Assembly (NCBI GenBank): GCA_018697095.1
Contig: JABHSG010000003.1
Location: forward strand, 20,457-84,456
Origin: an archaeon
GTDB taxonomy: Archaea; Nanobdellota; Nanobdellia; Woesearchaeales; GW2011-AR9
Direction of reading: 5' to 3'
DNA: 64,000 nucleotides
Shown here: in pieces, positions 17,968-28,300 of the stretch
How the letters are laid out: the number at the start of each line of letters is the position of its first letter
How positions within the stretch are numbered: position 1 is the first letter of the stretch
The notes under the pieces: model-generated
Told to the model about the DNA's origin: nothing
The model's input: the letters and a program-made list of their open reading frames with translations, nothing else
The model's database searches: none
Position numbers and translations under genes: made by a program

Positions 17968-18006
17968 CTTTCAACCTAAACACTACAAGTAAATGTTCTC
18001 AAATCT

Positions 18007-18153
18007 TTAAAACAGATTCAAAATCCCTCCAAGTATTCCACTAGACTTTGTATTAAGAATAGCCCAAAGCCCAATTGCTGCAAATAATAATAAAAGTCCC
18101 AAAATTATTTTAACCAAAAAACTCATCTCAAATGCTGCTTTTTTAGATCTCAT
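18007..18153 (-). CDS. mini prepilin-like peptide, 48 aa
   Basis: MRSKKA/AFEMSFLVKIILGLLLLFAAIGLWAILNTKSSGILGGILNLF. A GAGG lies ~10 nt upstream of the ATG at 18153. Confidence 0.4.
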   Translation of the reverse strand: MRSKKAAFEMSFLVKIILGLLLLFAAIGLWAILNTKSSGILGGILNLF

Positions 18154-18207
18154 TATCCATCCTCTTTTTCTCAAAAATACACCTAATAAATCCAATTTGT
18201 AAATAGA

Positions 18208-18336
18208 TCACGGTGCAATTCCAGAGATTTTTCCTTTAAGTCCAATCATAAAAACAAAAAAGAGCATCAAAGCTGCTAAGCTAACAACAATTAATACTGT
18301 TGTACCTGAACTCATTGCCTTTTTTGTGTTCTGCAT
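18208..18336 (-). CDS. mini prepilin-like peptide, 42 aa
   Basis: MQNTKKA/MSSGTTVLIVVSLAALMLFFVFMIGLKGKISGIAP. Confidence 0.35.
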   Translation of the reverse strand: MQNTKKAMSSGTTVLIVVSLAALMLFFVFMIGLKGKISGIAP

Positions 18337-18456
18337 TATAGACGATAAAGAAGACTTGTGCCAATAAAAAGCTACCGGAAAATCAAACAACAAAAAGATA
18401 CAAAAATAACTTATAAAATTAAAAAATGAACAGAATAAACCTTTTAACTAATAGTA

Positions 18457-18747
18457 CTAACTATCAGCCGTACTTTTCTCAAAACAGCACCCTGAGGTTC
18501 CTTCACATTCAAAAGCTGAAGACCAAGTTCCTCCGCCCCTTGTTTTACAATCATTTGAATCTTCATACTCGCAACTTCCACCTTTGCTACCGCAATCTAA
18601 AAGCCCAATTTCCAAAACATTACTTTTGCTTGTAAACATCAAAATTAGAACAACCATTACAACAAGTGCAATCACCGCACCAATAATAATCCAAAACATA
18701 TTGGATTGCGCTTTTCTACCGGCTAAAAAATTTCGTAAATTTACCAT
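18457..18747 (-). CDS. small Cys-rich prepilin-like protein, 96 aa
   Basis: MVNLRNFLAGRKA/QSNMFWIIIGAVIALVVMVVLILMF, then a 6-Cys head (CGSKGGSCEYEDSNDC...CEGTSGCC). Confidence 0.45.
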   Translation of the reverse strand: MVNLRNFLAGRKAQSNMFWIIIGAVIALVVMVVLILMFTSKSNVLEIGLLDCGSKGGSCEYEDSNDCKTRGGGTWSSAFECEGTSGCCFEKSTADS

Positions 18748-18808
18748 AATGCACCACATCAAACTCTACAAAAATTAAAAATTAATTAAAATTAAAAATA
18801 CTAAACCT

Positions 18809-19186
18809 TTATTTCCACTTACATCCCGAAACAGATTCACATGAGTTTTCATCAATTCCAGCAGAGCGACAATCTGAAACTATTTCTTCAAACTCTTCGG
18901 CTGCTTCAATTTCAAGAACATCTTGGTTGTCAGAATCATCTTTAGCACGAGACATATCATTCAAAAATGCTTGTTCAGAAGATAAACTTGGGCGACAATC
19001 ACCATATGTGATTCTATATTTTGTGATTTGCGCTTGCCCTGCTTCTCCAATACCATCGGTAAAAACTGCCATTCGACCAGTGAAAATCAGAACCAAAACT
19101 ACAAGAACTATTAATGCTAATGCCGCAACAATAATCACGTTAAGCGAAAGTCCTTGTCCTTTTTTTCCTTTGAAAAGTTCCATCAT
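18809..19186 (-). CDS. prepilin-like protein, 125 aa (candidate major subunit)
   Basis: MMELFKGKKG/QGLSLNVIIVAALALIVLVVLVLIF. It has its own BRE/TATA at 19264-19275, and a GAGGT SD ~8 nt upstream. Confidence 0.5.
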   Translation of the reverse strand: MMELFKGKKGQGLSLNVIIVAALALIVLVVLVLIFTGRMAVFTDGIGEAGQAQITKYRITYGDCRPSLSSEQAFLNDMSRAKDDSDNQDVLEIEAAEEFEEIVSDCRSAGIDENSCESVSGCKWK

Positions 19187-19263
19187 CCATCAACCTCTTT
19201 TCCCCAATCGAATTGGCAATCTTTGGGAATTTTTTTAACTAAAATAAAATGTGCAAAAAGAAG

Positions 19264-19275
19264 TATATAAACGTT
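19264..19275 (-). promoter_or_regulatory. BRE/TATA promoter (minus strand AACGTTTATATA)
   Basis: The 12-mer is identical to those at 28835 and 39517. It lies 78 nt upstream of the ATG at 19186. Confidence 0.5.
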
Positions 19276-19313
19276 GCTGTAAAGCAACATTCAGAAATGA
19301 ATATTCATTTCTG
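19273..19313. repeat. two adjacent perfect inverted repeats between sub-operons
   Basis: gttgct-gtaa-agcaac lies at 19273-19288. The 22-bp perfect palindrome cagaaatgaat/attcatttctg lies at 19292-19313. Confidence 0.8.
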
Positions 19314-19415
19314 TAAGATTGCGTAGTTTACATATATTATCAACAACTTTATTGTCAGCCCGTCGCTATAAACTTCAATTTAAAAAATACTTAAAATTTT
19401 TATTGATAACAAAAT

Positions 19416-19979
19416 TCAATCACATAAATACAAAATATTTTCAACAATCCCAATGTCAGTTACAAAAATAGGAAACAAACCACTTGTATCTCTATTACTA
19501 GAACCTGCGCACCCACTACCGCCGCGCACATCTATAAGTATCGGCTCTTCTCCTGCAAGAAGTCTTGATTGAAATAAATAATCTTTTTGCCAAACACCAA
19601 GTGTTTCATTAAGCATAATCTCTATTTCTTGTTGCATAAAGGCGCAGCTATGCATTCCAAAACAATCATGTGAATTAAGTGTTGATGCATAATTCGCTGC
19701 GCAATCATCTATTAATTCAAGTCCAATACTAAGCACCTTAACTCTTGAATTTCCTGGTTCCACACAAGCAACTTCAGATTTAAGTAACGAACTCATTGTA
19801 GAATATGCCAGTCCTTTTCTGGTAAATATTTTTTCACTAGAATCATCTTGAAGTGCAAACTTCGCTAAAAAAAGCATCCCAAGAGTAATCATAATAACTA
19901 TTATTACAAGTCCAATCATTTCTGACTGCCCTAATTTAGATCCTTTAAATCTAAATTTAACAAAAACTTCAGCTGCCAT
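19416..19979 (-). CDS. class III signal peptide (prepilin-like) protein, 187 aa
   Basis: ...FKGSKLG/QSEMIGLVIIVIMITLGMLFLA. The start is a TAATG junction with the upstream stop. Confidence 0.5.
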   Translation of the reverse strand: MAAEVFVKFRFKGSKLGQSEMIGLVIIVIMITLGMLFLAKFALQDDSSEKIFTRKGLAYSTMSSLLKSEVACVEPGNSRVKVLSIGLELIDDCAANYASTLNSHDCFGMHSCAFMQQEIEIMLNETLGVWQKDYLFQSRLLAGEEPILIDVRGGSGCAGSSNRDTSGLFPIFVTDIGIVENILYLCD

Positions 19980-20533
19980 TAACTATACACCTCAACTGCT
20001 AAATATCCAAAGCTATAAACTCCATCATAAGAATAAAGTTCTTCAGGGCCACCAAGAGTATAATCTCTAAGCGCGACAATAAAATAAGTTGGTTCTTTTC
20101 TAGTCCAACTAGCTACTGTTTCTCCTTCATCATTAATACTTACTTTTTCTCTGTCATAAATGATCCAACTATGCTGTTCAGGATAGACCATATTTACAGA
20201 AATTTTAGAAAACCCAAACAAATTGAAATAGTAGTCATTAGAATGGGCCTCCATTATAGTTACAAGTTCCCGTACTTTTAGTAAATCAACACAATTATCT
20301 TCGGCTTCAGCTTCTCCTTGACTACACTGAAGTTCTGGCAAAAACAAAGCAATAAGCGTATTATCCATAGCAGTTTGCGCCACAAGTTCTTCTTGATACT
20401 GCTCAAAACTAGATTGACTAAATTTAAAATAAAATATTGCTGCAAAAAGTATCAATACAAAAAATATGAAAATAACTCCAACGGTCTCCATCATTTGCAT
20501 TTGTCCATGCTTACCGATTTTCATTTTGCCCAT
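19979..20533 (-). CDS. class III signal peptide (prepilin-like) protein, 184 aa
   Basis: MGKMKIGKHG/QMQMMETVGVIFIFFVLILFAAIF. Confidence 0.5.
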   Translation of the reverse strand: MGKMKIGKHGQMQMMETVGVIFIFFVLILFAAIFYFKFSQSSFEQYQEELVAQTAMDNTLIALFLPELQCSQGEAEAEDNCVDLLKVRELVTIMEAHSNDYYFNLFGFSKISVNMVYPEQHSWIIYDREKVSINDEGETVASWTRKEPTYFIVALRDYTLGGPEELYSYDGVYSFGYLAVEVYS

Positions 20534-20574
20534 CTTCCTAATAATCTAAATTTAATTCAACTATCCCTTGTAAA

Positions 20575-21693
20575 CTAATATAATTCAATACACCCAGCAT
20601 TATCTAATTCGTCATTAAGTTCTAATAATCTCCTAGAATACTCTTCAATATTAAGACAATCTTCATACCCTCTTGCAACGCAGCTAGTAATTTGAACCCC
20701 AAGAGGATTTAACTCCCCTGCTACATCGTCATAAAGCAAAAGGCATTCTGAATCATAATTTTCTGGGCTTTCATAAAAATTGGCAAGTTGCATAGCCTTT
20801 CCTTCGTAAACATCAACAATAATTTCCATTCTTTTGAATACTTTCATCATATTGCACTGATAATTTTCTTGTGACCCTGAAAAAAGCGCACTTATTTGCG
20901 CAGCATCCCTGTCTGAATTAAATAAAGAGATTATTGGAATCTGTCCAGCGCGATTTACTTTTGCAAATACATTTCCTTCTTTTTGATACAAGTCATACCC
21001 TCCAATTCCTAAAACTACCGCGCTGACATCTTGGTCTGACGCAGAATTCAGCTCAATTGGAACAGGGGCGCCAGCAGCAATATAACTTCCATCCAAATCG
21101 ATTATTCTTACATGTTCATTCGCGCCAATAGAACTTATTTCAGATGCACTGGTGACAAAGTCTATATTAAAAGAACTTGTTGCATTTTGTAATTCAGAAC
21201 CTAAAACAGAACTTGAACTACCAAACACATAATATTGATGACTTTGCCCAGTTAAAATCAAAATATCTGTTACTTTAAAGGGCATTTCATAAGGTAAACT
21301 CCACAAAATTAATTTTTTGGTACTAAATTTTGGAGGACTCATAATTACTTGTATTGGTAATTCCTGACTAGCTGTCGTACCAGTAATGCCATAACGTGCA
21401 AACACATCTAAAAATCCGCCGTCTGAATCAAGTTCACACTCAAAAAAAAGTTCCATGCTAGAAATCCCGCTAGTGTCAATCGTGTTGATTGTTTGTTCAG
21501 AGACCGTACTTCCAACAAGAATTGATTCCAAAATATTTACAACATCAAAATTAAGTTTTTGCTCAGAACTATCTTTTTGTTTAACTATAAGCCCAACAAA
21601 AAAAAGTAAAATTACCGCTCCAGCCACCATCACAAAGATCCAGTTAAAACTAAGTGTAAGTTGCCCTTTTTTTGAAACAGTCATATCACCCAT
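20575..21693 (-). CDS. class III signal peptide (prepilin-like) protein, 372 aa
   Basis: MGDMTVSKKG/QLTLSFNWIFVMVAGAVILLFFVGLIV. Confidence 0.5.
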   Translation of the reverse strand: MGDMTVSKKGQLTLSFNWIFVMVAGAVILLFFVGLIVKQKDSSEQKLNFDVVNILESILVGSTVSEQTINTIDTSGISSMELFFECELDSDGGFLDVFARYGITGTTASQELPIQVIMSPPKFSTKKLILWSLPYEMPFKVTDILILTGQSHQYYVFGSSSSVLGSELQNATSSFNIDFVTSASEISSIGANEHVRIIDLDGSYIAAGAPVPIELNSASDQDVSAVVLGIGGYDLYQKEGNVFAKVNRAGQIPIISLFNSDRDAAQISALFSGSQENYQCNMMKVFKRMEIIVDVYEGKAMQLANFYESPENYDSECLLLYDDVAGELNPLGVQITSCVARGYEDCLNIEEYSRRLLELNDELDNAGCIELY

Positions 21694-21751
21694 AAATTTC
21701 GCCTCTGTGAAAGTTCAAATCAATTTTTGTTTCAAACATCCACCCAATCAA

Positions 21752-22273
21752 TCAAGAAACTTCGCTAACTGCAGTACGTGAACCTTTCCCTTCAAGTCGT
21801 AGAGCAAAGCTTCCACTAAAAATATCCTCGCACAAAAAACCATCCTCAATTTCTAAGTTAAATACCTTTAACACAACTGGGCCAGGTGGAGTTAAAAATA
21901 CATTCTCGTCAGCAGCTGCATACCCTCCTTCTTGGCTTGCAGTTTCCCAAACATCACATGCGATAGGGTTTTTACTACAAAGTTCATTATTCGGATCAAA
22001 ATCTGCGTCCAAATCCACAAAACAAATCTCTTCATATTTACTTGGAAGTAAAAATTCGCTTTGTCTAACAGCCCCATATTCAGAATGAATCCGTTCAACG
22101 CTATTTTCTAAGTCACTTTTGAATTGAAAAAATTCAACGGTTTCTCCTTGCTCTAAAAAATCAGAGATTGCATTATAACCAAAAATCATTACAAATGCAA
22201 ATGTAATCCCTGCTACAATAAACATAAACACCTGTCCAATCCCTTGCGCCTTTTTTCCTAACATTACCTTCAC
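21752..22273 (-). CDS. class III signal peptide (prepilin-like) protein, 173 aa
   Basis: MKVMLGKKA/QGIGQVFMFIVAGITFAFVMIFG. Confidence 0.5.
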   Translation of the reverse strand: MKVMLGKKAQGIGQVFMFIVAGITFAFVMIFGYNAISDFLEQGETVEFFQFKSDLENSVERIHSEYGAVRQSEFLLPSKYEEICFVDLDADFDPNNELCSKNPIACDVWETASQEGGYAAADENVFLTPPGPVVLKVFNLEIEDGFLCEDIFSGSFALRLEGKGSRTAVSEVS

Positions 22274-22301
22274 CTACTTTATACCAAAAAATCACTAAAT
22301 C

Positions 22302-25300
22302 TTACTCCTTACGTTGGTCGCTTAATTTTCGCAATTTCTTAAAAATATCTTGCGCATCTTCTTTACTTGCAACAGAATTAATTCCACCTTCAGAATTCGC
22401 TTTTGCATTACTTATTTTATCCAATTTATCAAACACTGACTTTTCATGTGGTTTAAGTCCTGCCCGAACTTCTTCTCGATGTTCACTATAAGTATCAGTT
22501 ACTTTGTCAAGCCGATTTAAACTAGCACCACGTGAACGAATGTGTTTTTCAAAATGTCCTAAGTGTGGTGTTTCTTGCGTAAACTCATCAAATACACCAG
22601 TACGTGACTTATCTTTTCTACGACCTTCATGTACTCTGCGAAGCCCAAATACTTTATCACGAAGACCTGCAAAAATTCCAGGACTTGCTCCAGCAGCTGA
22701 GGTTTCAACTCCTACTTGCACTCCTCTATTTCCTTGAACCCCTGAACTTCTCCTGGAACCTACATTACTTGCTCCAGCATTAATACTCGGTCTTGCCTCA
22801 GGTTGTCTTCTTCCAAAATTACCAGAAAGAGTATCAGAAACTACTTTTTTACCTGGGAGCGTTTGAGTATAATAGTAAATCAAACCGCCAATCCCACTAA
22901 AAGCCATCAAAAGTCCAAATATGAAAAGCAGTTTCCCTGCAATCCCTCCTTTAGAACTGGTAGGAGTGCTATCTCCATAATCATAATCTGTGTCAATTGA
23001 ATCGTCTAAATCAAGTCCATCGTCACTAGCTGGTGCATCACTTAAACAAGGATTGTACCCATTACGGTATTCTTCATAGTTATGCAGACCATCACCATCG
23101 TAATCTTCATCTCCATCAGTTATCCCATCATTGTCAGTATCTCTTGATAAATAATCAAATTCACAACTGGTTTGGTCAAACAATTTTTCCCAAGTATCAG
23201 GGAGCCCATCACTATCATAATCATCAGTTTGGTCATCGTCTTTTGTTTCTCCAAAAGAACACCCATCACTATCTACTGCTGAGCCCGCGCTGCTTCCACC
23301 GCACAGATCACAACTGTTTGCAATCCCATCCCCATCGCTATCAGGAAAATCAATTATCTCACTCCCAGTAATATTATTTCCAGAACTGTCAGTTGCACTA
23401 TAACAAATCCATCCACTTCCTTCATAACTAAGTGCGCCACCGTAATAAATTTCATCAGCAACGCAGCTACTACTATCCCCTGACTTACCATAAAGAATTT
23501 CTTTGCATCCAAGTGTATCAGAACAATCTAAACTAACTGCAACTTGATTACATGCAACACCAGTTGTGACTGCAACACTTGGTTCATCTGAGTCTGATAA
23601 ACAAAGTTCACTCTCAGGATCTGTTGCAATAAATCCATCACTATCAACTGACTCCCCTAAATTCCCTACAAAATCTTGGGCGCTTACTCTAACAAAATAA
23701 CTTGCGTTTTCAGTTAAACTAACATCCACACTGCTGCTATTTCCAAATGGCAAACTTCCACTTGCAACTAATGTATCACTTGTACCAGTATCAGTTTCAG
23801 TAAAGTTTTCTCCAAGTAATTCTCCTAAACTCTCATCCTCTATCCCTGAGTCTCCTACGTAAACCTCGTAATAAAATAAATCAATATCAGAATCCAGGCT
23901 TGCTGGGAAAAAAGACACCTGTTCTAATGAACATGAATAACTTCCATCATCTACTGTATCAATTACCGGGGCAGTCGCATCAACACTAAAAATAACTTCT
24001 GCTTCACGGCTAACTTCTCCAATCCTACAAGAAACAACATATTGGTAATCTCTTTCTTCTAAAACGCCTAATGCATAAGTATGGTCAACTCCACCTGTTT
24101 CTTCAAAACTAATTCCATCTACTTCGCAAATTGCATTTTTACTAGTTTCAACTTCTAAACTATATTCTCCTGGTAGCACATATCCTTCTGGTGAAACTGC
24201 CGCAATGTATCCTTCAACAGAATAATCTACTTCAAATTCAATTTCTACAGCTTCACTAAAATCTCCTGCACCATTTTTACATTGCGCAGCAAGCAAATAA
24301 TTTTTTTGTGCCCCAGTAAAACTAAATTCAAAATCAGAGATATGGGATAAGTCTAAGATTCCCTCTAATTCACCTTCAAAGCCATACTCCATAGTATCAT
24401 ACTCATAAGATCCAAGAATCTCGCCAGAAGATTCATCTGCAGTCAAATCACTAAATCTACAAACAGTTTTATCATCAGTATTAACGTACAAAAAGGTCTC
24501 AATACCTTCTGTTACAAAATCTGGATCAGCGTAAGCACTCCCTATCTCAGGTGCACTTGGGTCATATTCTAAGTTCATCAAAGTGGCAGGGCCAACTTCT
24601 CCACGATAATCCTCGCAAGCCACATAAAGTGTTTTCACATCACCACTACTCCCATAAGAGCTCAAAACATCTCCAGGAAAATCAGGATAAACATAGTAAT
24701 TATCACTTTCAGCTTCTATTGTCTTGTATGCAGGCTGAGAATAAATATCAAAGCCATCATTAAAATCAAATGTACAAATTCCAGTATCTACTTTTGTTGT
24801 GAAAGCCCAATCAAAAATGGCAGTATTACTAACTCCCCAAATTTCATCTTCATAATAATATTGTTCAGGGCTCACAAGTACAAGACCATACCCTTCAATC
24901 AAAATTTCTCCACAATCAGGGTAACCAAAAAGGCCGCCAGCATCAACAGAATAATAACAAATCTCAGTACTTTGCTCAATTAAAAGTTCACCAACATATT
25001 CTGTGTATCCATCAGCCGCTGCATATTCGCAACCTTCTCCTAAACAATAATATGTGTTAGCACATTCAAATCCATCACTACTACAAGAAAATCCTACAAT
25101 TGCAGTTTCAATAAAAAACTCTTCCCAGGCAAACCCACTTGGCTCCTCACTTCTTTCACCTTCACTCAAAATAATTTGTGTATCTGGCCCAGTAAAATCA
25201 ATTGTAAAGAAAAAGTAATCTTCTAAAATATCTCCAGTTAGTTGTTCAAGGCAAACTACTTGAATATTTCCTGCATATTCTCCCTCATAATATCCACTAA

Positions 25301-28300
25301 GAGAATTTGTTTCATGTAATTTCCCCCCTTCATCAGCACTAAAGGCGGCCAAACTAAGTCCACTATCAGTATCATAAAGTGTACAAACAGAACTTACCGC
25401 AGTTTCTACAGAAAAAGCAATTTCTGTTTCACTAACAACTCCTTCATATTCTGGATAAATTAAAGTTATATCTTGTTCCAAATCAAATACTATCTCTTCA
25501 TTTTCAATATGTGAATTTCCGTAATCATCAGTGCAAGTCACTTCAAGAGAATAAATAACTCCAAGTAAATTTTCAAAAATTGCTTCTTTATCAGAATCTC
25601 GTTCAGTACTAACTTCATCAATACTCCCAGAAGGTAAAATTTCTTCTAAATTAAAATCGCAACTAACTGGTTCATTCATATTACTCAAATAAACAGATAA
25701 ACTACTAATGTCAGCGCTTGTTTCAGCCAAATATTCTATATCATATGAAGGCTCTTCTGTGTCAATAAACACATATGTTTCTAAAACAGATTCCTGATTA
25801 TAATATTTATCAAGTGAAAAATATCTAAGTAAATAACTTTCTCCATCAATTATTGATCCTAGAATAAAACTACTATTAGTCAAATTCACTAGTATTTCTT
25901 CTTCTCCTAAAAGTCCTTCATAAAAGAGATATTCAAAATCATCACAAGCTGGCGAGTCCGCTGGCGCCAAACAATAAGCAAAAGACCCAAGTGGATTTTC
26001 TTGGTCCACTGTTAAAAAACTAACTTCGCTATGCACTGTACTAATTACTTCAAAACTGTCAGTTACAACTGTTGTTTGAGGTGAAATCACATCAACTTGG
26101 CAAGAACTATATTCTCCTGCAGTAAATTCAGTACAATCATCAACTCCATCTCCATTCCCATCTTTAAAACAATAACCTGTATCCACAAAAAATGAATGAA
26201 TCACTTCGCCGCTATCTACACTAGCTGCTCCAGTACTACTCTCTTGCCAAGAACAAACATTCCAAGAACATTGATCATCAGACCCAATCACTAATCCAGA
26301 ACTAATTCTTGTATCAAGTCCGCCTGAACACTCTAATGAAGAACTATAGGTATAACAATTTGAAAGTGAGTTTGGTGTATCTCCACATTCTAAACATTCG
26401 CTTGCATCATTATCACTAAAACAAGAACCTAAACTATTACAAACTTCAGGCATACAATAATTGTTTTCAAATAAACTTGCTTCTGATCCACAAAGAGAAC
26501 AAAATTCTCCGCTGCTTGCAGCAATCTCCTTCTCTTCAGCCGGAGCGCAATACCCTTTCCCTAGTTCATCTGTAACTGGAAAAATTGCACTATAATCTAA
26601 AAATTCGCTACTTCCAGTTCCTGCTTCTCCACTTTCAACACTTGCTGCACTAGTATCGATCCAATGACAGCTTTGTCCAAGACAATTGTTATTTCCACAG
26701 GCATCTTCGCTTTGATAATCAAAACAACTTGTAACTTCAGTGCAACTAAAACATGCATCAACTATTGAATAAGAATAATCATAATAACAAAAATTGTCAT
26801 ATCCACTCTCTTCTTGATATTCTCCATAACATGAATCTGATTCATAATAAAGTCCAAATGGGTCAGCACCTTGCGGCCATACTCCACATTCTCCTGCATC
26901 CTTACAAAGTGCAGAGCCTTCAGAGATAGCACTACAAAAATATGATGAATCAGAATCATCAAGCGCTGTACAGTCAGTCACTGCAACAATATTATTCTCC
27001 CCATCGCAACTATAAACTTGTTTTCTTTCATTAATACTAGAGGTGCTGTCTGAGTCAAATAAACAAAATTGCTCGCCAACTGCATATCCTTCACAATGGC
27101 TACTACCAAGAGTCACACTGGCATCTGCAGATGACGAAGATAATCTAACTTCATGTTCTCCATCTTCTCCAAGTGGGCCATCAGTATAAACTGCCCACAA
27201 AGAATATGAATACATTGTGTCCCACTCCAAGTCACTATCAATAAATGTTGTAGCAAGTGGTGATAACGCCTGATAATATTCCCCATTTAATTCTAATTTG
27301 TAACCACTTACTTCAGCGCAAGGTTTATCCCAATTAAGTTCCAATTCTGCCTCGCCAGAAACTACTTCTAAAAATAATTCCTCTACAGGTTTTTGATCAT
27401 TTTCCTCGCCATAACTACACTCACCAATTGTTTTTGAAAGAAGTAGACCTAGGTCTGTTGTCTCACCAGAAACAACTTCTAAAAACAATTCCTCACTCAC
27501 ATAATCTTGAAAAGTAGCATGAATTGTATAGTCTCCTTCTTCAAGGTACACTTCATAATTCCCTTCAGGATATTCTGAGTTCCCGAGTAAAACACCGTCA
27601 ACAAAAATACTTGCTCCATAAACTACGCTCTCAGATCCATCATGTTCAAGTTCCCCATCGCCATCTGAATCAAGCCAAGTAAATCCACTCACTCCTTGAA
27701 AATCAATAGAGTCTATTACCAAGTTCTCTGATAAATGTGATGATACAATTAATTCTACTTCGGTACTGAGGTAACCATACTTTGTCAAAGTAAAAGTGTA
27801 TGTCCCTACTGCTAATTCTTCAAAAGTATAACTTCCATCACTAGAGCTACTTCCACAATCGCTACTCCCGTCACTTCCTAAATAACAAATAGCTACTGAA
27901 CTAAGTAAATCTCCTGCTTGATTAAATACAAACCCGTCAAGAGTATAAGTTTCTCCAGATTCACTTAATGTGATATCAAGTTCAGATTGCTCAGCTGAAT
28001 CCAAACTTATTGAAGAAGAGACATCGCTATATCCGTCAAGTGAAACCCGTAAGATGTAGCTTCCAGGGTCGATGTTTGTAAAACTATAACTTCCATCACT
28101 TGAACTAACTGTACTAATACTGCTACTAAGTTCCATTTCTGCGCCAGAAAGTGCATTGCCATCTAAGTCAACAACAAATCCAATTAAACTCGCATCTTCT
28201 AAAACAACACCACAAATACTACTTTGACAATAACTTGGAGTAATTTCACTTCCAGTGATTAGCGTGATGTCATCTTCTGAAAGCCCTTGTTGGTCTGCAC

